The notes below the pieces were generated by a model. It did no database searches and was not told the DNA's origin. It saw only the letters and a list, made by a program, of their open reading frames with translations. Below are positions 5,576-6,485 of a stretch of DNA of 6,485 bases, piece by piece. Made by a program: the position numbers and the translations under genes. The stretch is from positions 1,428,730-1,435,214 of the forward strand of contig NZ_CM001976.1 of NCBI RefSeq assembly GCF_000406145.1, given 5' to 3'. Numbering within the stretch: the stretch's first letter is position 1; each line of letters starts with the position of its first letter. The DNA is from Dickeya dadantii NCPPB 898 (GTDB lineage: Bacteria > Pseudomonadota > Gammaproteobacteria > Enterobacterales > Enterobacteriaceae).

Positions 5576-6339
5576 GGTGGTGGCATTGTCTGCTGGCTTG
5601 CGTGCCGCTGTTAAGCGCCTGTCAGGCAGGAGGGCACAGCATGCAGGCCAGTGAGTTGTTCCAGCCACCGATGGCGGCCTTATTGCAGGCCATCCGCAAA
5701 GGTGATGAAGCGGAAGCACGGCGTCAGCTAGCCCAGGGGCTGAATCTGAATATTCACGGTAAAGAAGGGATTACGCCGCTGCTGTGGTTGATTTATGAAA
5801 CGCAGGATAAGAACGCGGTACGGCTGGCGCTAAAGCTGGGCGCTGACCCGAATTATAAAGATGGTTCAGGCGACAGCGCGGTAAACCGGGTATCCGGTGT
5901 GCGTGATCCGGACTGGTTGCGCATTGTTCTGGATGCCGGGGGAAATCCGAATGCCATTGGGAGACTTGGTCAACCGGCATTATTGAGTGCGATCAATGAA
6001 GAGCGCTGGGCCGATATCAAACTGTTGGTAGAGCGTGGGGCAGATATCAATTTAGCAGACAGGCAGAAAAGAAATAGCGCGCTTTATGCTGCGTATATCA
6101 ATCAATATGAGATTGTTTATTGGCTAATAGAGCGTGGTGCTAAAGTCGACACTTATTCTGCCACCGGTGGCAGCCTGGCCTGGCGGGTATATGAAAGCCT
6201 GTCAATAATGGCGCAGAATTCGCCACAATATCCCTGGTTGTTAAAGGTTAAACAGCAGTTACAACAGCGCGGTATTAATTTCCCCCCGCTGTCTCCGGCA
6301 GAGGTACAGGATAAATGGGAACGGGGTGAATTCCTTTAA
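5572..6339 (+). CDS. tli: Second ankyrin-repeat lipoprotein paralog (putative additional or orphan immunity protein), 255 aa from a TTG start
   Basis: This is a paralog of the upstream gene. The only in-frame start that includes a signal peptide is TTG 5572-5574, which overlaps the upstream stop (TTGA, 5572-5575). GGGGAG lies 5 nt upstream. The signal peptide is short: MRWWHCLLACVPLLSAC, with lipobox L-S-A-C (Cys17, 5620-5622). The 5' end is uncertain, and translation may begin mainly at the internal ATG 5641. Confidence 0.8.
   Translation: MRWWHCLLACVPLLSACQAGGHSMQASELFQPPMAALLQAIRKGDEAEARRQLAQGLNLNIHGKEGITPLLWLIYETQDKNAVRLALKLGADPNYKDGSGDSAVNRVSGVRDPDWLRIVLDAGGNPNAIGRLGQPALLSAINEERWADIKLLVERGADINLADRQKRNSALYAAYINQYEIVYWLIERGAKVDTYSATGGSLAWRVYESLSIMAQNSPQYPWLLKVKQQLQQRGINFPPLSPAEVQDKWERGEFL
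5616..6054 (+). repeat. Direct repeat copy B (about 435 bp, 5' two-thirds of tli copy 2)
   Basis: This is the partner of 4852-5290. See that entry for the alignment details. Confidence 0.85.
5629..5643 (+). promoter_or_regulatory. Internal ribosome-binding site plus in-frame ATG (Met24) just after the lipobox Cys of tli copy 2
   Basis: The arrangement matches copy 1: GGAGG at 5629-5633, the 7-nt spacer GCACAGC, and ATG at 5641-5643, 7 codons after Cys17. It is conserved even though the upstream signal-peptide codons are unrelated between the copies. Confidence 0.55.
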
Positions 6340-6485
6340 AAAAGACATCGCGGTAATTCTGTCCGTATTTCAATAGCAATATATTATTTTTTTTCGTCAT
6401 CGTGGTGGGGTTTATTTCCTCAGCCGAGGTTTGTCGCTGTTCTCATTGTCCGGTTTTTTCTTATTTAAATAACGATTAATTATCC

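Noticed and set aside
6271-6400. A 42-codon minus-strand ORF starting at the complement of 6398-6400 (MTKKNNILLLKYGQNYRDVFF...)
   Set aside because: It is short and has no Shine-Dalgarno sequence. It runs antisense into the 3' end of tli copy 2 and has no recognisable features.
6400-6470. A possible terminator after the second tli gene (CCTCAGCCGAGG at about 6419-6430; T-run at about 6454-6459)
   Set aside because: The stem is only 4 bp, and the T-run is not adjacent to a convincing hairpin. I cannot support a terminator call from the sequence alone.
1-6485. CRISPR arrays, tRNA/rRNA genes, IS elements or integrases
   Set aside because: I found no short regularly spaced repeats, no cloverleaf-like or rRNA-like segments, no transposase or integrase-like translations, and no terminal inverted repeats. 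The only large repeat is the tli paralog duplication.

Overview
The window holds an auxiliary (orphan) type VI secretion hcp-vgrG-effector-immunity module beside a housekeeping gene. It comes from a roughly 60% GC enterobacterial-type genome; Serratia or Dickeya-like is only a weak guess. On the minus strand, 1-421 is the 5' end of AMP nucleosidase (amn), which runs off the left edge. Across a 273-bp AT-rich divergent control region, the plus strand encodes five genes. They are Hcp/TssD (695-1213, followed by a clean rho-independent terminator), a VgrG spike gene with a +1 reading-frame break near 1748-1751, a PAAR-fused GxSxG lipase effector (3426-4796), and two tandem ankyrin-repeat lipoprotein genes (4796-5575, 5572-6339) read as Tli-type immunity proteins. 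Four observations deserve follow-up. (i) Both ankyrin genes carry a conserved GGAGG-N7-ATG internal start directly after the lipobox cysteine, which predicts a cytosolic isoform alongside the periplasmic lipoprotein. (ii) GC content breaks sharply inside the effector ORF near 4005-4030, so the lipase core looks imported. (iii) The two immunity genes are mosaic: about 94% nucleotide identity from the lipobox Cys codon for about 435 bp, then divergence. (iv) A five-glycine zipper segment sits between the putative catalytic Asp and His of the lipase. All family calls come from reading the translations by eye; no database search was possible.
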